Assembly (NCBI GenBank): GCA_947459205.1
Contig: CANHCR010000004.1
Coordinates: 26,053 to 90,052, forward strand
Direction of reading: 5' to 3'
Origin: Bacillales bacterium
GTDB lineage: Bacteria > Bacillota > Bacilli > Paenibacillales > CANHCR01
DNA length: 64,000 nucleotides
The position numbers were made by a program, and so were the translations under genes. Below, in pieces: positions 24,657-33,661 of this stretch (its first letter is position 1; each line of letters opens with the position of its first letter). Under the pieces are notes generated by a model. It was not told the origin of the DNA. It saw only the letters and a program-made list of their open reading frames with translations, and made no database searches.

Positions 24657-25249
24657 ACCATGTCATCCTTTTCATTACATTGAACTTCAACAATCTGACC
24701 GATTGTGTTGCTCTCCATGCCTACTGCATTGGCGTCGTCCGTATCGATATGCATTTCGAGTGTAAAAAGCGGTGAAATTCGCGCATGCACTCTCTCAAGC
24801 GTAAGTGGTCGCGGTCCGTTGATGCGAACGCTGATTGTTTGCCGCTCCTTGACTCCCAGTTGCGCAGCCACTTCTGGTGACATATGAACATGACGAGCTG
24901 CGATGATAACGCCCTCAGCCAGTTCAATTGATCCTGCAGGACCAATGAGTGTGATGCCAGGCGAATGTAGTAAATCTCCTGAAATTCGAACAGGCGGTTT
25001 AATGCCGAGTCGAATTGCATCCGTTCGTGAGATTTCAACCTGTGTGCGCCGCCGAACAGGTCCAACGACACGAACGGTATCAAATTGCGAACGCTCTGTT
25101 TTTATAACTAACGTTTCATTCGCAGCAAACTGACCGTACTGCGACAATGCCCTTAACGGTGTTAGTTCATATCCTTCACCAAATAATTGTTCTACATCCG
25201 CTTGTGATAAGTGTATGTGCCGCGCTGAGACTGCGACAGGGACATGCAT
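24653..25249 (-). CDS. pduL: Phosphate propanoyl/acyl-transferase PduL family
   Basis: The ATG at 25249 is 8 nt after AGAGGTGA. Two PTAC repeats with [10 protein letters not shown] and IIAARHVHM motifs. The stop overlaps the miaB start (ATGA). Confidence 0.8.
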   Translation of the reverse strand: MHVPVAVSARHIHLSQADVEQLFGEGYELTPLRALSQYGQFAANETLVIKTERSQFDTVRVVGPVRRRTQVEISRTDAIRLGIKPPVRISGDLLHSPGITLIGPAGSIELAEGVIIAARHVHMSPEVAAQLGVKERQTISVRINGPRPLTLERVHARISPLFTLEMHIDTDDANAVGMESNTIGQIVEVQCNEKDDMV

Positions 25250-25322
25250 ACGATGATTCACCTCTGATTGTGTTGGTGAAAAAAGAAAGACATACGGAAT
25301 TCCATATGTCTTTTTCATGCGA

Positions 25323-26189
25323 TTACCGAAAATCGGCAACTAGTTTATTGAAATCTTCTGCGCTGATTTCTAATGATTGTTTGGCAAGCGCTTCTTCTTT
25401 GAAACCTGGAACGAGCGATTCGTAACTTGGTTTCGAATCATTTACATATATGATACCAGTTAACATACCTTCTGTTTCCATGATTTTTGTCATCGCTTGA
25501 ATACGGCTTGTATTATCATAATCGCCAAATTCGCTAACATCGACAATGTGCTCTTTGAACCATTCGTACGTGTTAATTTTGTTAAATGTAACGCATGGAC
25601 TGAAGATGTTAACAAACGAGAAACCTTTATGTCGAATCGCCGCTTCAATAATCGCTGTCATTTGATTAATATTCGAAGAGAATGATTGAGCAACAAATGT
25701 CGCACCAGACGAGATTGCAACTTCCAAAGGAGAAAGTGCTGTCTCAACCGATCCGTCCGGCGTGCTTTTTGTTTTGAATCCAACCGAACTACGCGGAGAC
25801 GTTTGACCTTTCGTCAGACCATAAATTTGGTTATCCATGACGATGTAGGTAATATCCATGTTTCTACGAATGGCATGAACCGTATGCCCCATGCCGATTG
25901 CGAAACCGTCGCCGTCTCCACCTGCCGCGATGACCGTTAACTCACGATTCGCCATTTTCACACCTTGTGCAATTGGCAATGAACGACCGTGAACACCATG
26001 ATAACCGTATGCATTGATGTAACCAGAGATTCGGCCGGAGCAACCGATACCCGAAATGACCGCTACTTCTTCAGGCTCTAAGCCTACGCTCGCACAAGCT
26101 CTTTGGATTGCTGCTTGCACAGAAAAATCGCCACAACCGGGACACCAGTTCGGTTTTACGTTGTTACGAAAATCTTTGACTGTAGCCAC
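25323..26189 (-). CDS. korB: 2-oxoglutarate/2-oxoacid:ferredoxin oxidoreductase beta subunit
   Basis: GTG start after AAAGGAG. WCPGCGDF cluster motif and TPP-binding GGDGDGFAIG. Confidence 0.9.
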   Translation of the reverse strand: MATVKDFRNNVKPNWCPGCGDFSVQAAIQRACASVGLEPEEVAVISGIGCSGRISGYINAYGYHGVHGRSLPIAQGVKMANRELTVIAAGGDGDGFAIGMGHTVHAIRRNMDITYIVMDNQIYGLTKGQTSPRSSVGFKTKSTPDGSVETALSPLEVAISSGATFVAQSFSSNINQMTAIIEAAIRHKGFSFVNIFSPCVTFNKINTYEWFKEHIVDVSEFGDYDNTSRIQAMTKIMETEGMLTGIIYVNDSKPSYESLVPGFKEEALAKQSLEISAEDFNKLVADFR

Positions 26190-27950
26190 CTATACCAGCT
26201 CCTTTACAGGTTGTTTATGAAGTTCTTTGCACTTGCTGTGAATTTCATGAGGCAAAAACGGATTGCCGTCGTATTTTAAAACATTTGCGATTTTATCGCT
26301 GTGACCAACATTAAGTTTGAGTAAATTTGCCAACTGTCCAGTTGCGTTATTCTCGACGACTACAACTTTCTTAGCTGCCGCGATATAAGGTGCAATTTCG
26401 GCCGTTGGGAATGGATGAAGCAAGCGCACTGTAATGTGATTAGACGTTATACCATCGATGTCTAAGCGACCGCGCGCTTCATCTACAGTTCCGCCGAGCG
26501 AATTCATATCGACGATGAGTAAATCTGGCGCTTTGTGCAGTGCATCAACAACGATTGGGTTCGTCACTTTGACATGGTTAAGTTTGCCCAAACGTTTATC
26601 CATCATTTTTTGGCGGTTCAAAGCATTTTCGGATGGGCGACCCACTTCGTCATGCTCAACACCCGTAACATGATGGATGCCACCTTTTTCACCAGGAATA
26701 ACGCGCTGAGAGACGCCATCTTCTGAGAAACCGTATCTCTTGAACAGGCTATTTTCTTCAAGTGTCGGCAATTCGCCAGTCTGAAGTTTGCCACGATTAA
26801 TTTTGGTGCGCTTGAAATCAAGTTCTTCAGCGGTTTGTTTACCAAGTGAAAGTTGCAAGTCAGTAACCAAAATAACCGGGCACTGATATTGTTCCGACAA
26901 GTTGAATGCCTCAATCGCATCGTAAAAACATTCTTCGATGGTACTAGGTGCAAGTACGATTTTTGGAATTTCACCATGTGTTCCGTAAATCAATGCAAAA
27001 ATGTCGCTTTGCTCTTGTTTGGTAGGCAAACCTGTACTTGGACCACCGCGTTGTGTATCAACGATTACAACTGGCGTTTCAGTCATGCCGGCAAGACCGA
27101 TTGCTTCGACCATCAACGATAAACCAGGTCCTGCTGATGCGGTCATCGCACGTACGCCTGCATAGTTTGCACCAATCGCCATATTAATAGCAGCGATTTC
27201 GTCTTCCGTTTGAATAACTGTGCCGCCGTATTTTGGTAATTTTTTAATCAAATACTCCATAATTTCGGAAGCTGGTGTAATTGGATAAGCCGGCATGAAA
27301 CGGCATCCACCTGCCAATGCACCCAAAGCAATCGCGTCATTACCGATCATGAACAACTTTGCTTTGCCGTCAGAAGGTTCCAACTGAAAATCAGGCAACG
27401 GGCCTCCTGCTAGCGAAATGACAAACTCCGCACCGAGACGGACCGCCTCAATGTTCTTTTGCACGACTGCTTGTCCTTTACGACCATATTCTTCTTCAAC
27501 CGCTTTGTTGAATACATCGATTGGCAATCCAAGCAAAGCCCATGAAGCACCAGAAGCAACCATATTCTTGTAAAGTGAAGTTCCGAGTTCATCGGCAATT
27601 TGAGTAAATGGAACCGAGAACAGACGAAGCTCGGAAGGTTCAGGTACGGTTGGCGAAAATTTTGCATCAGCAACAATTACGCCACCCTTACGGAGTTCGC
27701 GATAGTTGAGATCGATTGTCTCTTGGTCAAATGCGACAAGAATATCAAGATCGTCTGAAATCGCACGAATCGGTTTGGTGCTAATACGAATCTTGTTGTT
27801 AGTGTGCCCACCTTTAATACGCGAAGAAAAATGGCGATAACCGTAAAGGTAATAGCCGAGACGATTCAAAGCGGTTGAAAAAATACGATCGGTACTTTCG
27901 ACCCCCTCGCCTTGTTGTCCACCGATTTTCCATGATAACTGACTGATCAC
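26190..27950 (-). CDS. korA: 2-oxoglutarate/2-oxoacid:ferredoxin oxidoreductase alpha subunit
   Basis: The GTG at 27950 is 7 nt after GAGGAGA, giving the N-terminus (M)ISQLSWKIGGQQGEG typical of KorA. The longer ORF extension has no SD. Confidence 0.9.
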   Translation of the reverse strand: MISQLSWKIGGQQGEGVESTDRIFSTALNRLGYYLYGYRHFSSRIKGGHTNNKIRISTKPIRAISDDLDILVAFDQETIDLNYRELRKGGVIVADAKFSPTVPEPSELRLFSVPFTQIADELGTSLYKNMVASGASWALLGLPIDVFNKAVEEEYGRKGQAVVQKNIEAVRLGAEFVISLAGGPLPDFQLEPSDGKAKLFMIGNDAIALGALAGGCRFMPAYPITPASEIMEYLIKKLPKYGGTVIQTEDEIAAINMAIGANYAGVRAMTASAGPGLSLMVEAIGLAGMTETPVVIVDTQRGGPSTGLPTKQEQSDIFALIYGTHGEIPKIVLAPSTIEECFYDAIEAFNLSEQYQCPVILVTDLQLSLGKQTAEELDFKRTKINRGKLQTGELPTLEENSLFKRYGFSEDGVSQRVIPGEKGGIHHVTGVEHDEVGRPSENALNRQKMMDKRLGKLNHVKVTNPIVVDALHKAPDLLIVDMNSLGGTVDEARGRLDIDGITSNHITVRLLHPFPTAEIAPYIAAAKKVVVVENNATGQLANLLKLNVGHSDKIANVLKYDGNPFLPHEIHSKCKELHKQPVKELV

Positions 27951-28100
27951 AACGTCATCTCCTCTAGGATTTAACAATTCCATGACATTTTCGCAATACG
28001 CTAAACTTAATAATATGATTTTCGGATGCAAAATGCAAGGGTTTTCACGAAGATTGAAAATAGTATAATTAGATGAAATTGATATCGAAATTAGATTGAT

Positions 28101-29033
28101 TCACGGGAGGTTTTCGCTCAAGAAATGAAACCAATTGTGATAAAAGAAGTCATTTGTGCGTTCATCCCCGTATCGTTGCGTCATCCATTCGGAGAGCACA
28201 TGCAATTTCGCACTATTCTCCAAGCCGTGAATCGTTTTATCGACGCCGTCAAAATCAGTTCCAAGGGCGACATGCTTAGCTCCGCCTAACTCGCATAGAT
28301 GTTCATAGTGTTGCAAAAAAGCAGATATATCGGGTTTATGAGTATCTACAAACATCGGCACTAAATTTAAGCCAATGACTCCCCTGCTGTTAATGATCGA
28401 TTTGATCTGTGCATCGGATAAGTTTCGCGGATGTTCGCAAATTGCACGGCAATTACTATGAGTGGCGACAAACGGTTTATTACTAATTTCTGCTAGTTGA
28501 GAGAACGATTGATCGCTCAAATGCGACACATCGAGTATCATTCCGAGTTGATTGCAAATGTTTACAAAATGTTTACCTTTCTCTGACAATCCGCAATGTT
28601 CGCTTCCATAACAACCGTCGGCCGCCCAATTCGAGTAATTCCATGTGAGGCTAATAATGCGTATACCGGATTCGTAAAGTTCTACTACATCAGACGCCGG
28701 AGTTTGGAGACAGTCACAACCTTCAACACTCAGGATAGCGCCTATCCCACCATACTCATGCAAGCGAAGTAAATCTTTGTTTGAGCGAACAACAGTCAAA
28801 TCATGTGGAACTATAATCCGCTGACGAAACGTATCGAGATTCCTACGTATGCGATTCATATCCAGCGCTTCACCATTTTGTGGTTCGACAAATATCGCGA
28901 AATTTTGCAGATACACTTGATGTTCTCGCATTCGATCATAGGTGACGTGAAGTAGTGTATCATCATTGAAATGAATGCTAGGATGTTCATCCATCTTCCA
29001 TAAGACGTCGCAATGACCGTCGATGATTTTCAA
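28101..29033 (-). CDS. Membrane-dipeptidase-family (peptidase M19) Zn dipeptidase
   Basis: 310 aa with the N-terminal IIDGHCD metal motif and M19-like HSN / DFDG regions. TTG start. Confidence 0.85.
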   Translation of the reverse strand: MKIIDGHCDVLWKMDEHPSIHFNDDTLLHVTYDRMREHQVYLQNFAIFVEPQNGEALDMNRIRRNLDTFRQRIIVPHDLTVVRSNKDLLRLHEYGGIGAILSVEGCDCLQTPASDVVELYESGIRIISLTWNYSNWAADGCYGSEHCGLSEKGKHFVNICNQLGMILDVSHLSDQSFSQLAEISNKPFVATHSNCRAICEHPRNLSDAQIKSIINSRGVIGLNLVPMFVDTHKPDISAFLQHYEHLCELGGAKHVALGTDFDGVDKTIHGLENSAKLHVLSEWMTQRYGDERTNDFFYHNWFHFLSENLP

Positions 29034-29073
29034 ACCAACACCGCCGTTTCAATAGATGAAAATACAAATGGAT

Positions 29074-29107
29074 AAAATAAAATCCTGTTTAATGAATAAA
29101 CAGGATT
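29074..29107 (-). terminator. Rho-independent terminator after spoVS
   Basis: Minus strand AATCCTGTTTA ttcat TAAACAGGATT followed by TTATTTT. Confidence 0.7.
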
Positions 29108-29114
29108 TAACATA

Positions 29115-29378
29115 TCAGTTTCGAGGTTCTACTATGAGTTTGATCGCCGTACGATCTTCGCCGTCAATTTGGATGTCGGTAAATGCAGGAATACAAATCA
29201 GGTCGATCCCTCCCGGAGCAACAAACCCTCGCGCAATGGCCACTGCCTTAATCGCTTGATTAATTGCGCCTGCCCCGATAGCCTGAAGTTCTGCGGCTCC
29301 TTTTTCACGTAAAACACCTGCCAGAGCTCCTGCAACCGAGTTCGGATTCGACTTCGCTGATACCTTTAATACCTCCAT
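29115..29378 (-). CDS. spoVS: Stage V sporulation protein S
   Basis: 87 aa, MEVLKVSAKSNPNSVAGALAGVLRE...: the highly conserved SpoVS sequence. GAGGGGG SD. Confidence 0.95.
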   Translation of the reverse strand: MEVLKVSAKSNPNSVAGALAGVLREKGAAELQAIGAGAINQAIKAVAIARGFVAPGGIDLICIPAFTDIQIDGEDRTAIKLIVEPRN

Positions 29379-29422
29379 AATAACGACCCCCTCTATAATG
29401 ACAATAGCAATATAATATAAGT

Positions 29423-29447
29423 ATTCGAGAGAAGTTTGAAAATTCCT
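29423..29447 (-). promoter_or_regulatory. Possible sigma-H-type promoter for spoVS
   Basis: Minus strand AGGAATT ... CGAAT, resembling the sigma-H -35 AGGAWWT and -10 RGAAT. The spacing is not verified against a matrix. Confidence 0.3.
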
Positions 29448-29452
29448 GCTTT

Positions 29453-30223
29453 TTATTCGTGAATCATGATTGGTGTGATTTTCGCTGCACTTCCGTCCGT
29501 TTTCAGGTCTATGCACACCGCATTCAATTGATACTTTCCTTCATCAATTGTGAACCGTGCTGGCAACTGTTTAAGAAAACGTTGAATCACAATTTCCTTT
29601 TGCACACCCAATATGCCGTCGAATGGTCCGGTCATCCCTACATCAGTAATATATGCTGTTCCTTGCGAAAAAATTCGTGAATCATTCGTCTGAACATGCG
29701 TATGTGTTCCAACCATCGCGGATACGCGTCCGTCTAAGTACCAACCCATCGCTAGTTTTTCTGATGTCGCTTCGGCATGGAAATCAACAAATATAAATTT
29801 AGATCGTACTTGTCTTAAAATTTGATCAACAGAACGAAACGGACAATCAATGGCAGGCATAAAGGTGCGTCCTTGCAAGTTGATAATTGTCAGTTCATGT
29901 CCTTTTATTTTCAAAGTAATAAATCCCTTACCTGGCACACCTTCTGGGAAGTTAGCAGGTCTGACGATGCGCTGTTCATCATCGATGAAATCGAAAATGT
30001 CTTTTTGATCCCAAGTATGATTTCCCATCGTCAACAAATGAATGCCCATGCCGAACAATTCATTCGCCAATACTTTGGTGATCCCCTTGCCGGCAGCGAC
30101 ATTTTCACCATTGGCGATAATGACATCCGGACGATGTTCACTTATTAATTTTGGCAACTCCTCTTTGAGGGCTTTACGACCGACAGCGCCTACAATATCT
30201 CCAATAAATAATATTCGTAACAT
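29453..30223 (-). CDS. ymdB: 2',3'-cyclic-nucleotide phosphodiesterase YmdB (metallophosphoesterase)
   Basis: 256 aa starting MLRILFIGDIVG, with ANGEN and GNHTWD metallophosphatase motifs. Conserved position after rny. The 390-aa ORF in the track is an artefactual 5' extension into rny. Confidence 0.9.
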   Translation of the reverse strand: MLRILFIGDIVGAVGRKALKEELPKLISEHRPDVIIANGENVAAGKGITKVLANELFGMGIHLLTMGNHTWDQKDIFDFIDDEQRIVRPANFPEGVPGKGFITLKIKGHELTIINLQGRTFMPAIDCPFRSVDQILRQVRSKFIFVDFHAEATSEKLAMGWYLDGRVSAMVGTHTHVQTNDSRIFSQGTAYITDVGMTGPFDGILGVQKEIVIQRFLKQLPARFTIDEGKYQLNAVCIDLKTDGSAAKITPIMIHE

Positions 30224-30269
30224 GAGAAATCCTTTCAAACAAAAAGTGGCCACGAATGGCCACTTGATG

Positions 30270-31811
30270 CTATTTTGCGTAATCAACCGCTCTTGTTTCA
30301 CGAATGACCGTGACTTTAATATGCCCTGGATAATCCAGTTCGCTTTCAATCCGTTTTGTGATATCTCTCGCAAGACGGTAGGAATCCGTATCATCAATCT
30401 GATCAGGATGTACCATAACGCGAACTTCGCGTCCCGCTTGAATCGCAAAACAACGATCAACGCCGGCAAACGACTCTGAAATCTCTTCGAGTTTTTGCAG
30501 ACGTTTGATGTATGTTTCGATTGTCTCACGACGAGCACCCGGTCGAGCAGCAGAAAGTGCGTCTGCGGCACCAACCAAAATCGCAATGACAGATGTCGCT
30601 TCGCAATCACCATGATGGGATGCAATGCTGTTTACCACAACAGGATGTTCCTTGTACTTCTTAGCAAGTTCGACACCAATCTCAACGTGAGATCCCTCGA
30701 CTTCATGATCAAGCGCTTTGCCGATATCATGCAACAAGCCAGCGCGACGTGCGAGCTTTACGTCCTCGCCAAGTTCAGAAGCCATCAATCCTGTCAGATA
30801 AGCAACTTCAAGTGAATGTTTTAATACGTTTTGACCATAACTTGTCCGGTACTTCAAACGTCCTAAAATCTTGATCAAGTCCGGATGCAAATTCATAACG
30901 CCACATTCAAATGAAGCCTGTTCCCCGTATTCACGAATACGCTCATCCACTTCTTTTCGAGATTTTTCGACCATCTCTTCAATTCTTGCAGGATGAATTC
31001 TACCGTCCGCAACTAGTTTTTCGAGTGACGTTCTCGCAATCTCGCGACGAATAGGATCAAAACTGGACAAAATTACCGCTTCCGGTGTGTCATCAATAAT
31101 CAAATCAATACCGGTAAGTGTCTCTAATGTACGAATGTTTCTTCCTTCTCGTCCGATAATACGACCCTTCATTTCGTCGTTCGGCAACGTAACAACAGAA
31201 ACTGTCGTTTCAGCGACATGATCTGCAGCGCATCGTTGAACAGCTTGAACGATTATATCGCGAGCTTTTTTGTCGGCTTCTTCTTTTGCCTGACTCTCAA
31301 TACGTTTGATAAGCAAAGCCGCATCGTGACGAACTTCTTGTTCGACATTGCTCAATATTAATTGCTTTGCTTCATCAGTCGTCAAACCCGAAATACGCTC
31401 TAACTCTTCTAACTGACGTTTTTGGATTTCTTCCGCTTGTTGAGACATTTCTTGAATTCGAGACTCGTCTTTGTCTAACTGCTCACGCTTTGTTTCTAAT
31501 GCTTTCTTCTGTTTTTCAATCGACTCTTTTTCTGACTTTAAATCCCGTTTTTCAGCCTGAACTTCTCCGCGAAGTTCTTTCAAATCGCGTTCTTGTTCAG
31601 CTTTGTAACGATCTGCTTCAACTCTTGCTTCTAGTAATGTTTCTTTACGAAGAGAATCTACTTCCTTTTTCGCAAGTTCAATTATTTTCGTCGCTTCATC
31701 ATTGGCAGATTTAATTTTTGTCAGCGCATCCGAACTTTTCACAGAAAAAAACATCCAAGCAGCAGCAACTCCGCCAACGAGACCAATCAAGATGCCAATC
31801 AACCAAATCAT
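30270..31811 (-). CDS. rny: Ribonuclease Y
   Basis: The ATG at 31811 follows GAGGAGGTGA. N-terminal TM helix, coiled coil, KH domain ([12 protein letters not shown]) and HD domain (LLHDIGK). Confidence 0.95.
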   Translation of the reverse strand: MIWLIGILIGLVGGVAAAWMFFSVKSSDALTKIKSANDEATKIIELAKKEVDSLRKETLLEARVEADRYKAEQERDLKELRGEVQAEKRDLKSEKESIEKQKKALETKREQLDKDESRIQEMSQQAEEIQKRQLEELERISGLTTDEAKQLILSNVEQEVRHDAALLIKRIESQAKEEADKKARDIIVQAVQRCAADHVAETTVSVVTLPNDEMKGRIIGREGRNIRTLETLTGIDLIIDDTPEAVILSSFDPIRREIARTSLEKLVADGRIHPARIEEMVEKSRKEVDERIREYGEQASFECGVMNLHPDLIKILGRLKYRTSYGQNVLKHSLEVAYLTGLMASELGEDVKLARRAGLLHDIGKALDHEVEGSHVEIGVELAKKYKEHPVVVNSIASHHGDCEATSVIAILVGAADALSAARPGARRETIETYIKRLQKLEEISESFAGVDRCFAIQAGREVRVMVHPDQIDDTDSYRLARDITKRIESELDYPGHIKVTVIRETRAVDYAK

Positions 31812-31879
31812 CTTTTCACCTCCTCGTTGTTTCTCCAAGGATTAGCTTGGGTTATTCTTTTTTATTTCGATTCAGAGCA

Positions 31880-31909
31880 AATAAAAATGTATGCGTTTTT
31901 ATACGCATA
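31880..31909 (-). terminator. Rho-independent terminator after recX
   Basis: Minus strand TATGCGT ataaaa ACGCATA followed by a T-rich tract. Confidence 0.65.
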
Positions 31910-31940
31910 AGTTCATCTTACTTGTTATAAAAGAAGGTTG

Positions 31941-32432
31941 TCAAGATAAATCAAGGTTGAGTTCACGAAAAACACGCTCGATGGTTTCTTGAGAGTACCC
32001 TCTTCTACTTAGCGTTTGAAATAATTTTTGCAAAATGTTTCCTGACTTAAATCGATTGGATAAAATGGCGTTTCTGGCAAAGTTCAGCGCCTCATCCACT
32101 TCTACAAAAGTATCCATATCCTCATATTCAGTGAAAGCGACATTTACTACATCTTCATTTATCCCTTTTCTCAAGAGCGCTTGTTCAATCCATAGCCTTC
32201 CCTTTTTCTTTTCATGGAATGCTTTTTCGATAAACCTTTGACTATACGTTAAATCGTTCAACCATCCTTTTTCGGTAAATGCGATAATGATTGACTCTGC
32301 TATCGAGTTCTGAACCCCACTTTTCATCAAATATTGTACGAGTTCTGTTGTTGTCTTCGGACTGACTGCCAAATATTTCATTGCCCGTTTGTAAGCCATA
32401 TTATAGTTTGTAGTTTCATCGCTAATTGTCAT
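31941..32432 (-). CDS. recX: RecX-family regulatory protein (start codon uncertain)
   Basis: Three-repeat RecX-like sequence directly after recA. The longest ORF start lies inside the recA terminator, so I chose the first ATG after it (32432). Confidence 0.7.
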   Translation of the reverse strand: MTISDETTNYNMAYKRAMKYLAVSPKTTTELVQYLMKSGVQNSIAESIIIAFTEKGWLNDLTYSQRFIEKAFHEKKKGRLWIEQALLRKGINEDVVNVAFTEYEDMDTFVEVDEALNFARNAILSNRFKSGNILQKLFQTLSRRGYSQETIERVFRELNLDLS

Positions 32433-32439
32433 CACCTTC

Positions 32440-32469
32440 AAAAAAAGGCGCTCGCAACAATCGAGCGCC
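32440..32469 (-). terminator. Rho-independent terminator after recA
   Basis: Minus strand GGCGCTCG attgttg CGAGCGCC followed by TTTTTTT. Confidence 0.75.
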
Positions 32470-32493
32470 AACCAGAATCATCATTTAAAAAAA

Positions 32494-33543
32494 TTACAAG
32501 TCGTCTTCGTTAAAATCGTCATCTTCATCTGACTCAGTAGTAGTGTTGTTTTGACCAGGTTGAATTTGACACATTTCACGCACTCGTTTCTCGATAGCAG
32601 AAGCGATTTTCGGTTGATCTTTAAGAAATTGCTTTGCATTTTCTCGCCCTTGTCCGAGACGTTCGTTGTCAAACGAATACCAAGCACCGCTTTTGTTAAT
32701 AATATCTAGTTCAGTAGCCAAATCTACAATACTACCTTCTCTTGATATTCCTTCACCATACATGATGTCAATATCTGCTTGTTTGAAAGGAGGCGCTACT
32801 TTGTTTTTTACGACTTTAATCCGAGTACGGTTACCTACCATGTCGTTTCCTTGTTTAATGGTTTCCACACGGCGCACATCTAGACGAACAGAAGAGTAAA
32901 ACTTCAAAGCCCGTCCACCAGGCGTAACTTCAGGATTACCGAACATAATGCCGACTTTTTCGCGCAACTGATTAATAAAAATCGCAATCGTTTTTGACTT
33001 GCTAATCGCTCCAGACAACTTGCGGAGCGCTTGTGACATCAATCTCGCTTGTAAACCGACGTGTGCGTCCCCCATGTCTCCTTCAATTTCTGCTTTAGGA
33101 ACGAGTGCAGCAACCGAATCAACTACGATAATATCGACAGCGCCACTTCGAACGAGCGCCTCACCAATTTCCAACGCTTGCTCACCTGTGTCTGGTTGAG
33201 AAAGGAGCAACTCGTCTATATTAACACCTAAATTCTTTGCATATACAGGATCAAGCGCGTGTTCTGCATCAATAAAAGCAGCTTGTCCACCATTTTTTTG
33301 TACTTCGGCGATTGCGTGCAATGCAACTGTCGTTTTACCAGATGACTCTGGACCATAAATTTCGATAATTCTACCCTTAGGAAAACCGCCAATACCCAAC
33401 GCAATGTCTAAAGAAAGACAACCGCTAGAACTGACTTCAACCATGTTTTGTGCGGACTCTCCTAATTTCATAATGGAACCTTTACCGAATTGCTTTTCAA
33501 TTTGACGTAATGCCATTTCTAATGCGGCGCGACGGTCTGCCAA
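32494..33543 (-). CDS. recA: Recombinase RecA
   Basis: The TTG at 33543 is 8 nt after the GGAAG core of the SD AAAAAGGAAGTGGATC, giving (M)[22 protein letters not shown], the canonical RecA N-terminus. Walker [10 protein letters not shown]. The upstream ATG at 33579 has no SD and sits at the predicted transcription start. Confidence 0.9.
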   Translation of the reverse strand: MADRRAALEMALRQIEKQFGKGSIMKLGESAQNMVEVSSSGCLSLDIALGIGGFPKGRIIEIYGPESSGKTTVALHAIAEVQKNGGQAAFIDAEHALDPVYAKNLGVNIDELLLSQPDTGEQALEIGEALVRSGAVDIIVVDSVAALVPKAEIEGDMGDAHVGLQARLMSQALRKLSGAISKSKTIAIFINQLREKVGIMFGNPEVTPGGRALKFYSSVRLDVRRVETIKQGNDMVGNRTRIKVVKNKVAPPFKQADIDIMYGEGISREGSIVDLATELDIINKSGAWYSFDNERLGQGRENAKQFLKDQPKIASAIEKRVREMCQIQPGQNNTTTESDEDDDFNEDDL

Positions 33544-33585
33544 ACGATCCACTTCCTTTTTGTTGTAAATGTACTTCATAATCTA

Positions 33586-33613
33586 ATTATAAACGTAACA
33601 ACAAAAAAATCAA
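33586..33613 (-). promoter_or_regulatory. Candidate sigma-A promoter for recA
   Basis: On the minus strand: TTGATT, 16 nt, TATAAT. Confidence 0.4.
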
Positions 33614-33622
33614 GCAATTTCA

Positions 33623-33636
33623 CGAACAAATATTCG
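33623..33636. promoter_or_regulatory. LexA operator (Cheo/SOS box)
   Basis: CGAACAAATATTCG (reverse complement CGAATATTTGTTCG) compared with the Gram-positive consensus CGAAC-N4-GTTCG: one mismatch. It closely resembles the B. subtilis recA box. Confidence 0.7.
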
Positions 33637-33661
33637 TATATTTCAATTTATATACCAAAAA

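Noticed and set aside
24653-25249. PduL as evidence for a bacterial microcompartment locus.
   Set aside because: No BMC shell (PduA/J/K/N-like), diol or ethanolamine lyase, or aldehyde dehydrogenase genes occur anywhere in the window.
29453-30625. 390-aa ORF suggesting a much longer YmdB that overlaps the 3' end of rny.
   Set aside because: The conserved YmdB sequence begins at MLRILFIGD (ATG 30223), which has its own SD. The upstream 134 codons overlap rny in another frame and look like non-coding translation.
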